IMG/VR virus record: IMGVR_UViG_2913584337_000003
Span: 3,126 to 67,125 of that record
Strand: one strand, 5' to 3'
DNA from: a virus
Lineage: Duplodnaviria > Caudoviricetes
Length of the DNA stretch: 64,000 nt
A program made the position numbers and the translations under genes. This document shows positions 27,181 through 35,819 of the stretch, in pieces. How positions within the stretch are numbered: position 1 is the first letter of the stretch; every line of letters begins with the position of its first letter. The notes under the pieces were generated by a model. That model was not told the origin of the DNA. It saw nothing but the letters and a program-made list of their open reading frames with translations, and did not search any database.

Positions 27181-27947
27181 CTAAAACACATTTGATTGCT
27201 GACGAGTCGCTTGGCGGAGTTTTGCGGGAGTATATCGAGGTGTATCGTAAGGCGAAAGTTGGTGATTACGCTGTTCAAACTAGTCGCTGGATGGGGAATC
27301 GAGGTAATATCGCTGAAATTACGCGTGTCTGCGATGACGGGAGCGGTGTGACACTTGGTGGGCACCCATTAACTCACGGAGAATATCTCACGTTAGAACC
27401 GACCGACATCGTCCATGTATGGATTACTGTCGGAGACTTAAAGGGATTAGTACGCTACCGACTAGTCGATCGCAAAGCCGAGGTGGGCGAGAAGGTGCTC
27501 GTATACGGTCATGGGGCGTCGTATGTAGACGGTGTTCGTACAGTCAAGAGGACTGCTCAGGACGGTCATATATTTTTCGATAGAGGCGGACGTCGTTCTG
27601 GCGGCTATTATGTACTCATTCCGGTCAACTCCGAGCCCGCCGAACCAACTCCGGACATACACGACATCCTGGCGAACCTAGCCGCGAGAGTACACGACTT
27701 AGAGTCGCAACTACGCGACACGCAAGGCAATGTCGAAAGGCAGGGCGTCGAGATTGAAACCGTAAAACACCTCGCCAAGTCTAACGAAGAGGATATTCGA
27801 CTGCTCGACGAAAGGACACAGCCGAAAATTAACGAATTAACATTAACGTCTCGGATCGACGGAACTACTAAAATAGACGCTAAGTACAGCGGAATACCTA
27901 CTTCGGAAGTGCTCGCAAAAATACTTGACGGAGGTTGGGGGCGATGA
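27177..27947 (+). CDS. hypothetical protein with repeated modules
   Basis: RKAKVGD / RKAEVGE repeats, coiled coil. Confidence 0.7.
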   Translation: MTKTHLIADESLGGVLREYIEVYRKAKVGDYAVQTSRWMGNRGNIAEITRVCDDGSGVTLGGHPLTHGEYLTLEPTDIVHVWITVGDLKGLVRYRLVDRKAEVGEKVLVYGHGASYVDGVRTVKRTAQDGHIFFDRGGRRSGGYYVLIPVNSEPAEPTPDIHDILANLAARVHDLESQLRDTQGNVERQGVEIETVKHLAKSNEEDIRLLDERTQPKINELTLTSRIDGTTKIDAKYSGIPTSEVLAKILDGGWGR

Positions 27948-28525
27948 AGTATCCGATACGTAAAATCGCCCTCGCTGGCGCTGCTCGATCCGGCAAGGAC
28001 ACCATCGCCGACCATCTCGTCGAACGCTACGGATTTGCCCGATTCGCCTTCGCTGACGAAATGAAGCGTCTTCTGCACGAAATATATCGCGACGTGCCCA
28101 AATCGCCAAAGCCTCGCCGAGCCTGTCAGGTATTCGGCGAAGGGTTGCGCAATCTCGACATTCCAGGCGCCCGCCACATTTGGATTAACGCCTGCATGCG
28201 CCAAGTCGACGCCCACATATGGTGGCACAGCGAAGTTGACGAGCGAGGCGCTAACGTAGTGATTACGGACTTACGCACGCCATTGGAATACGAAAGGTTG
28301 CGCGCCGAGGGCTTCACAATCATCCGCATCAAGGCTCCGTCAGCGTTGCGGATTGCCCGAGCGCAACAGGCTGGAGATGCCTTTTCGCTGGAAGACTTGA
28401 CGCACGAGACGGAGAGCTACGTTGATACCTTCGACGCAGAGTACGAGATTATTAATGACGGTACATTGGACGATTTATATACGCAGGTTGACGAAGTTAT
28501 TGCGAAAATTAAGGAGGCGGAGTGA
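27944..28525 (+). CDS. deoxynucleoside monophosphate kinase
   Basis: GAARSGKDT, FAFAD, VVITDLR, HETE, IINDGT. Confidence 0.85.
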   Translation: MKYPIRKIALAGAARSGKDTIADHLVERYGFARFAFADEMKRLLHEIYRDVPKSPKPRRACQVFGEGLRNLDIPGARHIWINACMRQVDAHIWWHSEVDERGANVVITDLRTPLEYERLRAEGFTIIRIKAPSALRIARAQQAGDAFSLEDLTHETESYVDTFDAEYEIINDGTLDDLYTQVDEVIAKIKEAE

Positions 28526-29035
28526 ATGGGTTTATTACTTTTTGGAATATTAGCGGCTATCGTTGCGACAACCTTATTGGGAATGACGGCCGGTGCGGAT
28601 GATTTCGTCGAATGGTTATTGTCGGTGGTTTTAGGGCTATGTATCGGGGCAGGTTCGTTAGCAATCGGAATCATACCCGCCTTTGTGGCTTCAACAACTC
28701 CGGCTAATCCGATTGAGGTGGAAATCTACGCAATAAAAGACAACAGCGAGGTGCAAGGACAATTCTCACTAGGTTATGGCAGTGTAGACGAAGAGCAGTA
28801 CTATTACTACGTCACGGAAAGTAATGATGGCTTCAAGAAAATCGCGAAGGCTGAAGTTGACAATTCAGCATTAAAAGAAGAGTCAATCGACAATCCATAC
28901 GTAGTAGTTTACGAAAATAAGTTTGATTCAGCATTCATGCGATTTATGTACGGAGATTACAACGGATCGAACACGTATGAATTCCACGTACCGAATAATA
29001 CAATTACGACGGATTACAACGTCGATTTAGAGTAG
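28526..29035 (+). CDS. membrane-anchored hypothetical protein
   Basis: Two N-terminal transmembrane segments; GQFSLGYGSVD. Confidence 0.75.
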   Translation: MGLLLFGILAAIVATTLLGMTAGADDFVEWLLSVVLGLCIGAGSLAIGIIPAFVASTTPANPIEVEIYAIKDNSEVQGQFSLGYGSVDEEQYYYYVTESNDGFKKIAKAEVDNSALKEESIDNPYVVVYENKFDSAFMRFMYGDYNGSNTYEFHVPNNTITTDYNVDLE

Positions 29036-29049
29036 AGGAGGCGGAGTGA

Positions 29050-29343
29050 TTGAGTAGTTTCGATATAACCGACATAATTTTGGAAGTGGTCGTAAACGAA
29101 GGATTTGACATAGAGCCGGAGAGTTACGTGAGTTCGTTTAAACACGCTCAGAGCGGAAAGGAGCTCGTAAATTTCGAAATGGTTGGCTCGTGGCTTTGTG
29201 ATATTGAATACGAAGTTCGATTTCCGAGGGAACCAGGGAAGTACCGCATGAAAGCGGAGTACAACGATACTACCGGAATACTCGAAAGTATTTACGACAT
29301 TGAATTAATAGGGAAAACGGAGGAAAACGACGGGATAAAGTAG
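29050..29343 (+). CDS. hypothetical protein
   Basis: 97 aa, RBS AGGAGG. Confidence 0.6.
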   Translation: MSSFDITDIILEVVVNEGFDIEPESYVSSFKHAQSGKELVNFEMVGSWLCDIEYEVRFPREPGKYRMKAEYNDTTGILESIYDIELIGKTEENDGIK

Positions 29344-29363
29344 GCAATTATCCCGCAGTCCTT

Positions 29364-29771
29364 TTACGTTAAGTCATCGGCGCCCTTAAATCCGGCTAGG
29401 CTAAACGCAAAACTCCCTTCCGGTAGGTTAGCGTCCGAAAAGTCCTTGCCAGCATACGTAAATCGTAACGGAAGTTCATTGCGGTTGAGGCCCAACGTCC
29501 TAATAAACGGCTTGGCGTTACCATAGCGTCGTTTGTCAAATCGGAATGGTTTCGTATCAACAGCACGTACTATATCCGGACGGGCGACAATCAAGCGCAT
29601 GTTGGCGTGGTCGTATCCGACGTACAGACGCATCGGGCAGTCGGCGCCGAGCAATTTGCACACGCCAGAGGAAAGGTACAGGCGCTGCTGAGAATCTACG
29701 GTGATGTACGGCTGGTCGGCTTCGGTTTCGTACGAAATCCAGGCGAAGCCCTTCGGTTCTTTTTTAGGCAT
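29364..29771 (-). CDS. hypothetical protein, counter-oriented with own promoter
   Basis: 135 aa, RBS AAGGAG; YITVDSQQRLYLS resembles an AbrB-like fold (weak). Confidence 0.7.
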   Translation of the reverse strand: MPKKEPKGFAWISYETEADQPYITVDSQQRLYLSSGVCKLLGADCPMRLYVGYDHANMRLIVARPDIVRAVDTKPFRFDKRRYGNAKPFIRTLGLNRNELPLRFTYAGKDFSDANLPEGSFAFSLAGFKGADDLT

Positions 29772-29802
29772 GGCGGATAGCTCCTTCGGGTTCTTTTCCT
29801 AT

Positions 29803-29831
29803 AGTATACGAAGGTTTAACGAAATTATCAA
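29803..29831 (-). promoter_or_regulatory. sigmaA promoter
   Basis: TTGATA-17-TATACT. Confidence 0.7.
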
Positions 29832-29866
29832 GGCAAGGCGAAGAAAAGCGAAATGGAGGCGGAAGA

Positions 29867-30871
29867 ATGGAAAAGAAATTACTTGGCGAATTGGAATTAA
29901 ATCGAATTTATCAGCGCGATTGTATCGAAGGAATGCGACTGATTCCGGACGATAGCGTCAATTTAATCGTGATTGATCCGCCCTATAATATCGGGAAGGA
30001 CTCGCGGTGGGACAAATGGAAGTCAGTCGAAGGGTACGTCGATTTTATGAGTACGGTATTTAAAGAGTGTGAGCGTGTACTAAAGCCAAATGGGTCGTTC
30101 TACTTCTTCCATAATGATATGGTGCAGGTTCGTAAATTAATGGACGCAATTGACGACGAGACTTCTTTCGTATATAAAAATTTCATCCTATGGAATAAGC
30201 GTTACAACGGAAGCCCTCGCAAATACTACTTTGACAACGTAATTAAAACAGAGTCCAGTCGAAGTTACCGACCACTGACAGAGTACTGCTTATTCTATAC
30301 ATTTCAGAAAGAACTTACAGACGTTACACACGATGTAAATAAATTTGAGAGTCTTCGAAGTTACTTCAGAGAATTTCTAGCTGCGTTAGGGATTACGAAA
30401 AAGGCTCTGATGGAAAATGTTGGTCAACGAGCAGACCATTGCTTCCGTTGTAGTTCGAGCCAGTGGGATTTACCTACACAAGAAACATATGAATCATTGT
30501 TGGAGCTTCCGCGCGATAATTCATTTGTAGCAGTGTCGTACGCAGAATTGACGGGTATCTACGAAGGGATGCGTCAGCAATACGAGAGTGAACGTTACAC
30601 CTATAACCACCAAAAAACACATCACGACGTATGGGATTATGAGGTGGCGCCTAAACTCGGGCACTGCACACCTAAGCCTTTGGATCTTATAGAAAATATT
30701 ATACTCCATTCGTCAAATCCAGGTGACGTAGTACTTGATTGCTTCATGGGCAGCGGAACCACAGCGGTAGCCTCCGCCCGAACAGGACGTAACTTTATCG
30801 GGTTTGAACGCGAGCCGGAATACGTAGAAATCACAAACAAACGCCTTGACAACGAACTGGAGGCGAACTGA
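29867..30871 (+). CDS. orphan DNA methyltransferase (N6A/N4C, beta class)
   Basis: DPPY motif IV before FMGSGTT motif I; HCTPKP. Confidence 0.9.
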   Translation: MEKKLLGELELNRIYQRDCIEGMRLIPDDSVNLIVIDPPYNIGKDSRWDKWKSVEGYVDFMSTVFKECERVLKPNGSFYFFHNDMVQVRKLMDAIDDETSFVYKNFILWNKRYNGSPRKYYFDNVIKTESSRSYRPLTEYCLFYTFQKELTDVTHDVNKFESLRSYFREFLAALGITKKALMENVGQRADHCFRCSSSQWDLPTQETYESLLELPRDNSFVAVSYAELTGIYEGMRQQYESERYTYNHQKTHHDVWDYEVAPKLGHCTPKPLDLIENIILHSSNPGDVVLDCFMGSGTTAVASARTGRNFIGFEREPEYVEITNKRLDNELEAN

Positions 30872-31269
30872 TGGGCGCAGTAAAACGGGATATGCACATA
30901 GGCGAACGACGCCTAGCCGAACGTTATGCACTCGACAGTACAGCGGGTGTCAAACTATTACTTTCGGAGTACCACGCTTTGATAGGTAGGCAGTATCAAG
31001 GCGACTATGACGCGGTTGTTCTATTAACCGACATGGCTACGGCAATAGATCAGGCAGGCTTAACGGACCGGCAGCGTCAGGCACTCACGCTAGTCTACGT
31101 GGATGACCTAACGCAGGCTAAGGCGGGCGAGGCGATGGGCGGACTGGCGAAGGACGCCGTTAATCATTTACTCGACAGGGCAATCGAAGCAATATCGGAG
31201 GTTTATTGGTATTGGTCAAGGCATGACGAAGGATATACGATTTTATCGACGAAAGGGGAATCGGAATGA
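30871..31269 (+). CDS. sigma-70 region 4-like DNA-binding protein
   Basis: LTDRQRQALTLVYVDDLTQAKAGEAMG HTH. Confidence 0.75.
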   Translation: MGAVKRDMHIGERRLAERYALDSTAGVKLLLSEYHALIGRQYQGDYDAVVLLTDMATAIDQAGLTDRQRQALTLVYVDDLTQAKAGEAMGGLAKDAVNHLLDRAIEAISEVYWYWSRHDEGYTILSTKGESE

Positions 31270-31532
31270 TTAAGGGATTATCGAAATATCAGTCGCAAAT
31301 AGTTTCCGCATTAAGAGAGGACGGCGTTTATCTTTGGACGAATGAGGGTCCCGGATATCGCGCATGGATTGGTGATAAAAACGGAGTAATCATCAATTAT
31401 GTGCGGGTTCGCTCGGCTGAAGCGCTCGTAAATACAGGCGTGATTAAATTTGTAGACGGTAATTATCGCCAAGGATTATTCAAATATACGTTAAAGGTGG
31501 CGGAATATTACAACAGGAAAGAGGCGGAATAA
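31266..31532 (+). CDS. hypothetical protein
   Basis: 88 aa, coupled start. Confidence 0.6.
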   Translation: MIKGLSKYQSQIVSALREDGVYLWTNEGPGYRAWIGDKNGVIINYVRVRSAEALVNTGVIKFVDGNYRQGLFKYTLKVAEYYNRKEAE

Positions 31533-31735
31533 TGGGCGAACAAGCTTACGTAAATACTGACCGTGAAATTTGGCGTGAAACTAAAGACGATTATTATGCG
31601 CCGAGTATTCACGTAACGGCCGACGGTAAAATCGGGATAGATATTGGCGGATATGTCTTCGTAAAAGATGTGCGCGATTGGCATAAATTAGCGGATAAGT
31701 GCAGCTGTTACGAGAAAGCATTGGAGGCGGAGTAA
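31532..31735 (+). CDS. hypothetical protein
   Basis: 67 aa, coupled start. Confidence 0.65.
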   Translation: MGEQAYVNTDREIWRETKDDYYAPSIHVTADGKIGIDIGGYVFVKDVRDWHKLADKCSCYEKALEAE

Positions 31736-32217
31736 TGGCGGACTATAAAACGAAACTACACGAAGCAATAACGGAATTACAACAAGCGACCAAGCGCGGT
31801 GAAATGCCGCGAGAGGTTCGCATAGTTAAAATCGAGGCGCTGGTCGAGGATTACTTCGCAAAGGCTGGCGAAATGCCGGACAGCACGGCGTTGGAGCGGT
31901 TGGCTGATTTGTGTTTGCATGAGGAGTTGACGGACACTAACGAGCACAAAATATCGCAGACTGAATATCCGTTTTTGAGCGAGCGCCAGTTTGATCGCCG
32001 TGATAATCGTGAGGTTAAATCAACGACTGGTATGGACGGAAATGCTGCGGATGGCCAAAAGCACGGCGTGCCGACGCGGAGAAAACGAACTGATTATGAA
32101 AATAGATTCGTAGATAAGAAGTCCCGAATTCGTAATAAGGAACGGAAACATAGGTACGTAGAGTTTACGAAAGTACAGCCGGTTGTTGTCTACAAATTAG
32201 GCGACAGCCGCGCTTAA
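31735..32217 (+). CDS. conserved phage hypothetical protein
   Basis: LERLADLCLHEELTD...EYPFLSERQ; RBS GGAGG, TAATG coupling. Confidence 0.75.
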   Translation: MADYKTKLHEAITELQQATKRGEMPREVRIVKIEALVEDYFAKAGEMPDSTALERLADLCLHEELTDTNEHKISQTEYPFLSERQFDRRDNREVKSTTGMDGNAADGQKHGVPTRRKRTDYENRFVDKKSRIRNKERKHRYVEFTKVQPVVVYKLGDSRA

Positions 32218-32228
32218 TAGAGAATGGA

Positions 32229-32399
32229 CATCAACTTTTACGCTGTTTTGTGTTCTTACGTTAAGAGTGGCATCAACAATGGGCGCCTCAGTTGTGTATA
32301 CGTTAAGAGGGGGCAAAACGTCAACTTTTCGGAACTAGTACGGACTGTAGGATGAAGAGACGTCAACTTTTGGCACGTTTCGTATCTATGTCTTAAGAA
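32229..32399 (+). repeat. four tandem bipartite repeats (candidate late promoters or operator array)
   Basis: CRTCAAC-N21-(TACGT)TAAGAG-like units at 32229, 32271, 32319, 32361. Confidence 0.65.
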
Positions 32400-32430
32400 G
32401 AAACGATTTCGCGGGCGCTTCGGCGCTTGC

Positions 32431-32454
32431 TGAATAACTGACAAAAAATCTGCA
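32431..32454 (+). repeat. putative cassette recombination site C1
   Basis: TGAATAACT-GACAAA-AAATCTGCA at a GC-to-AT boundary, directly after a TTCG hairpin. Confidence 0.55.
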
Positions 32455-32473
32455 TTAAAAAGGAGAAAGAAAA

Positions 32474-32686
32474 ATGAATAAAAATCAAATTGAAGCAATG
32501 AAAGAATCATTAAAAATTCAAGGTTATAGTGGCAATTGGAATTATGACGAGTACATGTTCGGAATATATAACGGTATGGAATTGATGGTAGCAATTGCAG
32601 AAAACAGAGAACCTGTCTACAAAGAAAAACCTAAGAGATGGCTGAAAGATAGAAAAGTTGATTCCAAACCAATCAGTATGTCTTAG
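32474..32686 (+). CDS. AT-rich hypothetical protein, cassette gene
   Basis: 70 aa, RBS AAGGAG, GNWNYDEYMFGIYNGMEL. Confidence 0.75.
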   Translation: MNKNQIEAMKESLKIQGYSGNWNYDEYMFGIYNGMELMVAIAENREPVYKEKPKRWLKDRKVDSKPISMS

Positions 32687-32703
32687 TCCGATTCTAAAGC
32701 GCA
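32680..32703 (+). repeat. putative cassette recombination site C2
   Basis: GTCTTAGTC-CGATTC-TAAAGCGCA overlapping the stop; same spacer as A3. Confidence 0.55.
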
Positions 32704-32722
32704 ATAAAAGGAGGAACAAACA

Positions 32723-32872
32723 ATGAAGTGTGAACATCATTACGAAGTTTGTTGTTATAATTCTTCAATTGTAATTGCAGAATGCACCAAATGCGGTGAC
32801 GAAAAGGAATACGACTTTGATGATTATTTTTTGAATTATGGATTCCCTACTCTTTCAGATGAAATAGAATAG
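32723..32872 (+). CDS. small Cys/His-rich protein (49 aa), cassette gene
   Basis: RBS AAGGAGG; MKCEHHYEVCCYNSSIVIAECTKCGDEKE...; not in ORF track. Confidence 0.7.
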   Translation: MKCEHHYEVCCYNSSIVIAECTKCGDEKEYDFDDYFLNYGFPTLSDEIE

Positions 32873-32873
32873 T

Positions 32874-32897
32874 ACACCAGTTAGAACAAATTACGAA
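32874..32897 (+). repeat. putative cassette recombination site C3
   Basis: ACACCAGTT-AGAACA-AATTACGAA, 1 nt after the stop. Confidence 0.7.
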
Positions 32898-32914
32898 GGA
32901 AAGGGCGGTTTGAA

Positions 32915-33040
32915 ATGCATGATACTCTTTATTTTCAGGTGAAAAGATTAAAAAGACACTTAAATATTGTATTAGGTAGGATGGGAATTTTTAAAATCGC
33001 AGAATGGACTATTAGAAAGCTATCAAGAATTATTAAGTAA
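32915..33040 (+). CDS. small basic amphipathic protein (41 aa), cassette gene
   Basis: MHDTLYFQVKRLKRHLNIVLGRMGIFKIAEWTIRKLSRIIK*; not in ORF track. Confidence 0.6.
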   Translation: MHDTLYFQVKRLKRHLNIVLGRMGIFKIAEWTIRKLSRIIK

Positions 33041-33064
33041 TACACACTTATGTGGAAATGTGCA
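33041..33064 (+). repeat. putative cassette recombination site C4
   Basis: TACACACTT-ATGTGG-AAATGTGCA, 7/9 inverted arms, abuts the stop. Confidence 0.65.
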
Positions 33065-33109
33065 ATTGCAAACGTTGGAAAAGTCATATTCAAGAAAGGA
33101 GAATTAAAA

Positions 33110-33394
33110 ATGACAGTACACGGTTTTATGGAAGATTGGGATGGAGAAATTGTACTAAGTGATATTCATAACTTTAAAGATGAAAATGACTTCTCTGAAC
33201 AAGCTGAAAAATATGTTAAGGAAACAAGAGGATATAGAGTGCCATTATTTCCTCCTGTTGTTATGGATATTGTGTACAACGGTGAAAACGAAGAATGTTG
33301 GTCAAGCAAAAATTATGCCCTAAAAACAGGCTTTGAAGGAGAAATAATTACGGTTTATAGGTCGACTTTAGATTATGACAATGCAGAAGGGTAA
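33110..33394 (+). CDS. AT-rich acidic hypothetical protein, cassette gene
   Basis: RBS AAGGAG supports ATG 33110. Confidence 0.7.
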   Translation: MTVHGFMEDWDGEIVLSDIHNFKDENDFSEQAEKYVKETRGYRVPLFPPVVMDIVYNGENEECWSSKNYALKTGFEGEIITVYRSTLDYDNAEG

Positions 33395-33418
33395 TTCGCA
33401 CTTCGAACAAATTACGAA
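33395..33418 (+). repeat. putative cassette recombination site C5
   Basis: TTCGCACTT-CGAACA-AATTACGAA, 7/9 inverted arms, abuts the stop; last 14 nt identical to C3. Confidence 0.75.
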
Positions 33419-33426
33419 ACAACCAC

Positions 33427-33447
33427 GCTCGCTTCGGCGGGCTTTTT
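33427..33447 (+). terminator. rho-independent terminator
   Basis: GCTCGC-TTCG-GCGGGC-TTTTT. Confidence 0.75.
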
Positions 33448-33474
33448 AATTTTAAACGAAAAGGAGACGTTGGA

Positions 33475-33726
33475 GTGAATAAAGAGATTGCTAATTTAAT
33501 TATGGATTATGTGGCCGTTAGGGTAAACTTCAAATCAGTTAACAACGATAACATCGACAAGGTTGCTGGGAGGATATCAATCGAGTTTTGTAAAACGTAT
33601 AGTCCGCGGAAAAACTGGGGTGTGTCTCGAAAGGATATAAAAGCATTAATTATCGATATATTCCGCGCTGTTATGGAGGGTAGGCTGGTATTTGTTTTCG
33701 ACGAGGAGTGTGACGAAAATGAATAA
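33475..33726 (+). CDS. hypothetical protein
   Basis: 83 aa, RBS AAGGAG. Confidence 0.6.
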   Translation: MNKEIANLIMDYVAVRVNFKSVNNDNIDKVAGRISIEFCKTYSPRKNWGVSRKDIKALIIDIFRAVMEGRLVFVFDEECDENE

Positions 33727-34582
33727 GCGCCAACTAAACGAAAGCCTATCCAAACTAGTAAGCGGAGCGCCGCGAGGATCAATTACGCGCACCAACGGCA
33801 ATTATGGACGTGATGAAACCGGCAAGCCTTTCTTTATTCAATCAGTAGAGCAACGCGAAACAGTTAAGCGAATAATGAAGCAAAAAGGGGAAGGGCGCAA
33901 GGAGTCGTTCTTCTTCAGCGTAATCGAACGCATGCACTACGTTGCCAACGCACTTACACCGGCTCAATGCGGGTATCTGCTCGTATTAACTAGTCACGTC
34001 AATTGGAACGGACTCCTTGTACGATCCGAAAAGGACTCAACGCCATTAACGCCTGCCGAAATGCAAAAGGCGCTCAACCTTCCGAAATCCAAGCGCTCGA
34101 CCTTTACAGACTTCCTGGACGCTTGCTTAAACCACGGAATCATTAAAAAGAAAGACGACGGCTACTACGTCGAGAAAGGCTTTCATTTCCGAGGCAGAAC
34201 GGAAGGCGAGCGAGTGGTCCGCACCTATATTACGCAACTACGCGAAATGTATAAAGATGTCAGCGCTCACGATGTCGGGCTGCTTTACCGGCTGATTCCG
34301 TATATTCACGTTGACTCGAATATCCTTTGCGAAAACCCTAACGAAAAGGACGCGAGGGCAGTCGTAAAGCACAACCGTAAGTCACTGGCTGAAGCAATCG
34401 GAGTGACCCCGCAAGTTATATCAAGGGCAACAACGAGAATGATTTACGACGGGAAGTCGGTATTTGCGAAAGTGACGACGGCGACTGACGGCACGTTTTA
34501 TATGTTGAATCCGTCGATATTCCGCAGGGCTGACCGTGATGATTACGACGCAACAACGCGAGGGATATTCGGACTCCAATAA
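33719..34582 (+). CDS. plasmid-type replication initiator-like protein (tandem winged HTH)
   Basis: Two related HTH halves; GLLYRLIPYIH...YMLNPSIF resembles Bacillota Rep proteins; followed by iterons. Confidence 0.6.
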   Translation: MNKRQLNESLSKLVSGAPRGSITRTNGNYGRDETGKPFFIQSVEQRETVKRIMKQKGEGRKESFFFSVIERMHYVANALTPAQCGYLLVLTSHVNWNGLLVRSEKDSTPLTPAEMQKALNLPKSKRSTFTDFLDACLNHGIIKKKDDGYYVEKGFHFRGRTEGERVVRTYITQLREMYKDVSAHDVGLLYRLIPYIHVDSNILCENPNEKDARAVVKHNRKSLAEAIGVTPQVISRATTRMIYDGKSVFAKVTTATDGTFYMLNPSIFRRADRDDYDATTRGIFGLQ

Positions 34583-34720
34583 AAGTGTGTTTTCATTCGG
34601 ACACTTTCGCCTAAAAGTGTGTTTTCATTCGGACATCCGAAAAGTGGCTTCGAGCCTACAGCCGCAAGGGATACAGCCGTTTTTGGCTCGGGATTATATA
34701 TATTATATATATATAAATAC
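34580..34720. repeat. iterons plus AT-rich unwinding element (candidate origin)
   Basis: TAAAAGTGTGTTTTCATTCGGACA x2 (34580, 34612; 32-bp period) then a TA-rich run at ~34693-34719. Confidence 0.7.
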
Positions 34721-34987
34721 ACTACCCTGCGCCTTCATTCCTAAAGAACAGTCATTCGGCGCCATGATTATTTATTCTTTTAAATACCGACGTTAAAGGA
34801 TATGACAATATGGTAGGACGGCTCGCTTTTTGGGCCGGACTACAAGGTCTTGAAGTCGTAAGACTTCTCGCTAATCACTGCGTACATATATTCGTCAACA
34901 TTTACGCTGTTTCGCGGTATATAGTACGAAGAGATAATCGGACAATAGCGGACACCGAGTCCGACTAATCAAACGGAGGCGATAACG

Positions 34988-35377
34988 ATGGCAAAACGTA
35001 TACTCAACGAAAAACAATGGGCGGCTATTACGATATTATCGCAGCCTAAACGCGCAGGCATGACGTATGAGGAAGTGGCGAAAGAGGTAGGCGTTGCTAA
35101 GTCGACACTATTCGAGTGGAAGAAGCTGGACGAATTTAACGACGCTATCAAGAACGCAGTGGTGCGCAATACGACCGACAGGCTGCCGGACATGTTCGAT
35201 TCTATGATCGATAACATTATCGAGACAGGCAATGCGGCGGCTTTCCGCACAGTCGTACAGCTGCACGGCATGTTGACGGAGAAGGTCGAGGTAGCTAGCA
35301 AGGGGGATGCGGCAGATATCGACAGCATGAGGGCGGAGATTGAACGGATACGTGGCGGTGAGCGGTCCGATACGTAG
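34988..35377 (+). CDS. terminase small subunit (HTH type)
   Basis: LNEKQ..., EEVAKEVGVAKSTLFEWKK, GMLTEKVEV; position upstream of TerL. Confidence 0.75.
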   Translation: MAKRILNEKQWAAITILSQPKRAGMTYEEVAKEVGVAKSTLFEWKKLDEFNDAIKNAVVRNTTDRLPDMFDSMIDNIIETGNAAAFRTVVQLHGMLTEKVEVASKGDAADIDSMRAEIERIRGGERSDT

Positions 35378-35654
35378 ATAGTGCGGACATATAGTAGAAG
35401 GAACACGGAATAGCGTGCGGTAGGTGTGGCGTCTATGTCGGACTTCGGTAGCGTAAGGGTCTCGGATTACCTGCACGAGGCTCCTGGCGGACACACGCCC
35501 GGAACGCTTTGAGCCTGCGCTAGAATATGCACGATTGTATGCAGTCGAGGCGGATTCATACGGCATGCTGAACGTTGTTGTATCGCTGTTCTTACGATGC
35601 ATAAACTTAGCAGCGTTCATTGAGCGCCGTTAACGTTGGTGTAAAGCGATTCTT

Positions 35655-35683
35655 AATGTAACACAATGCGTTCGAGTTACTTA
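35655..35683. promoter_or_regulatory. candidate res-like site for the adjacent tyrosine recombinase
   Basis: TGTAACACAA-TGCGT-TCGAGTTACT imperfect inverted repeat; half-site AATGTAACA recurs at the recombinase promoter (36797-36805, minus). Confidence 0.4.
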
Positions 35684-35819
35684 TGTTATACAACGTTATG
35701 AATGCGCCATACATTGGCGGAAACCCCCCAAAGGGCTACCGTCAGATGTGCGTTTTCTAACCAACGACAAATCGGCGTACAAAATTTTCGCTTTGGCTTT
35801 AACGGAAGGAGGAAAACGT

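Noticed and set aside
27608-28228. 206-aa minus-strand ORF and the many other antisense ORFs in the track
   Set aside because: Shadow frames of well-supported + strand genes, without RBS or recognisable motifs
32229-32399. CRISPR array
   Set aside because: Repeats are short, bipartite and degenerate with 21-nt middles; no cas operon
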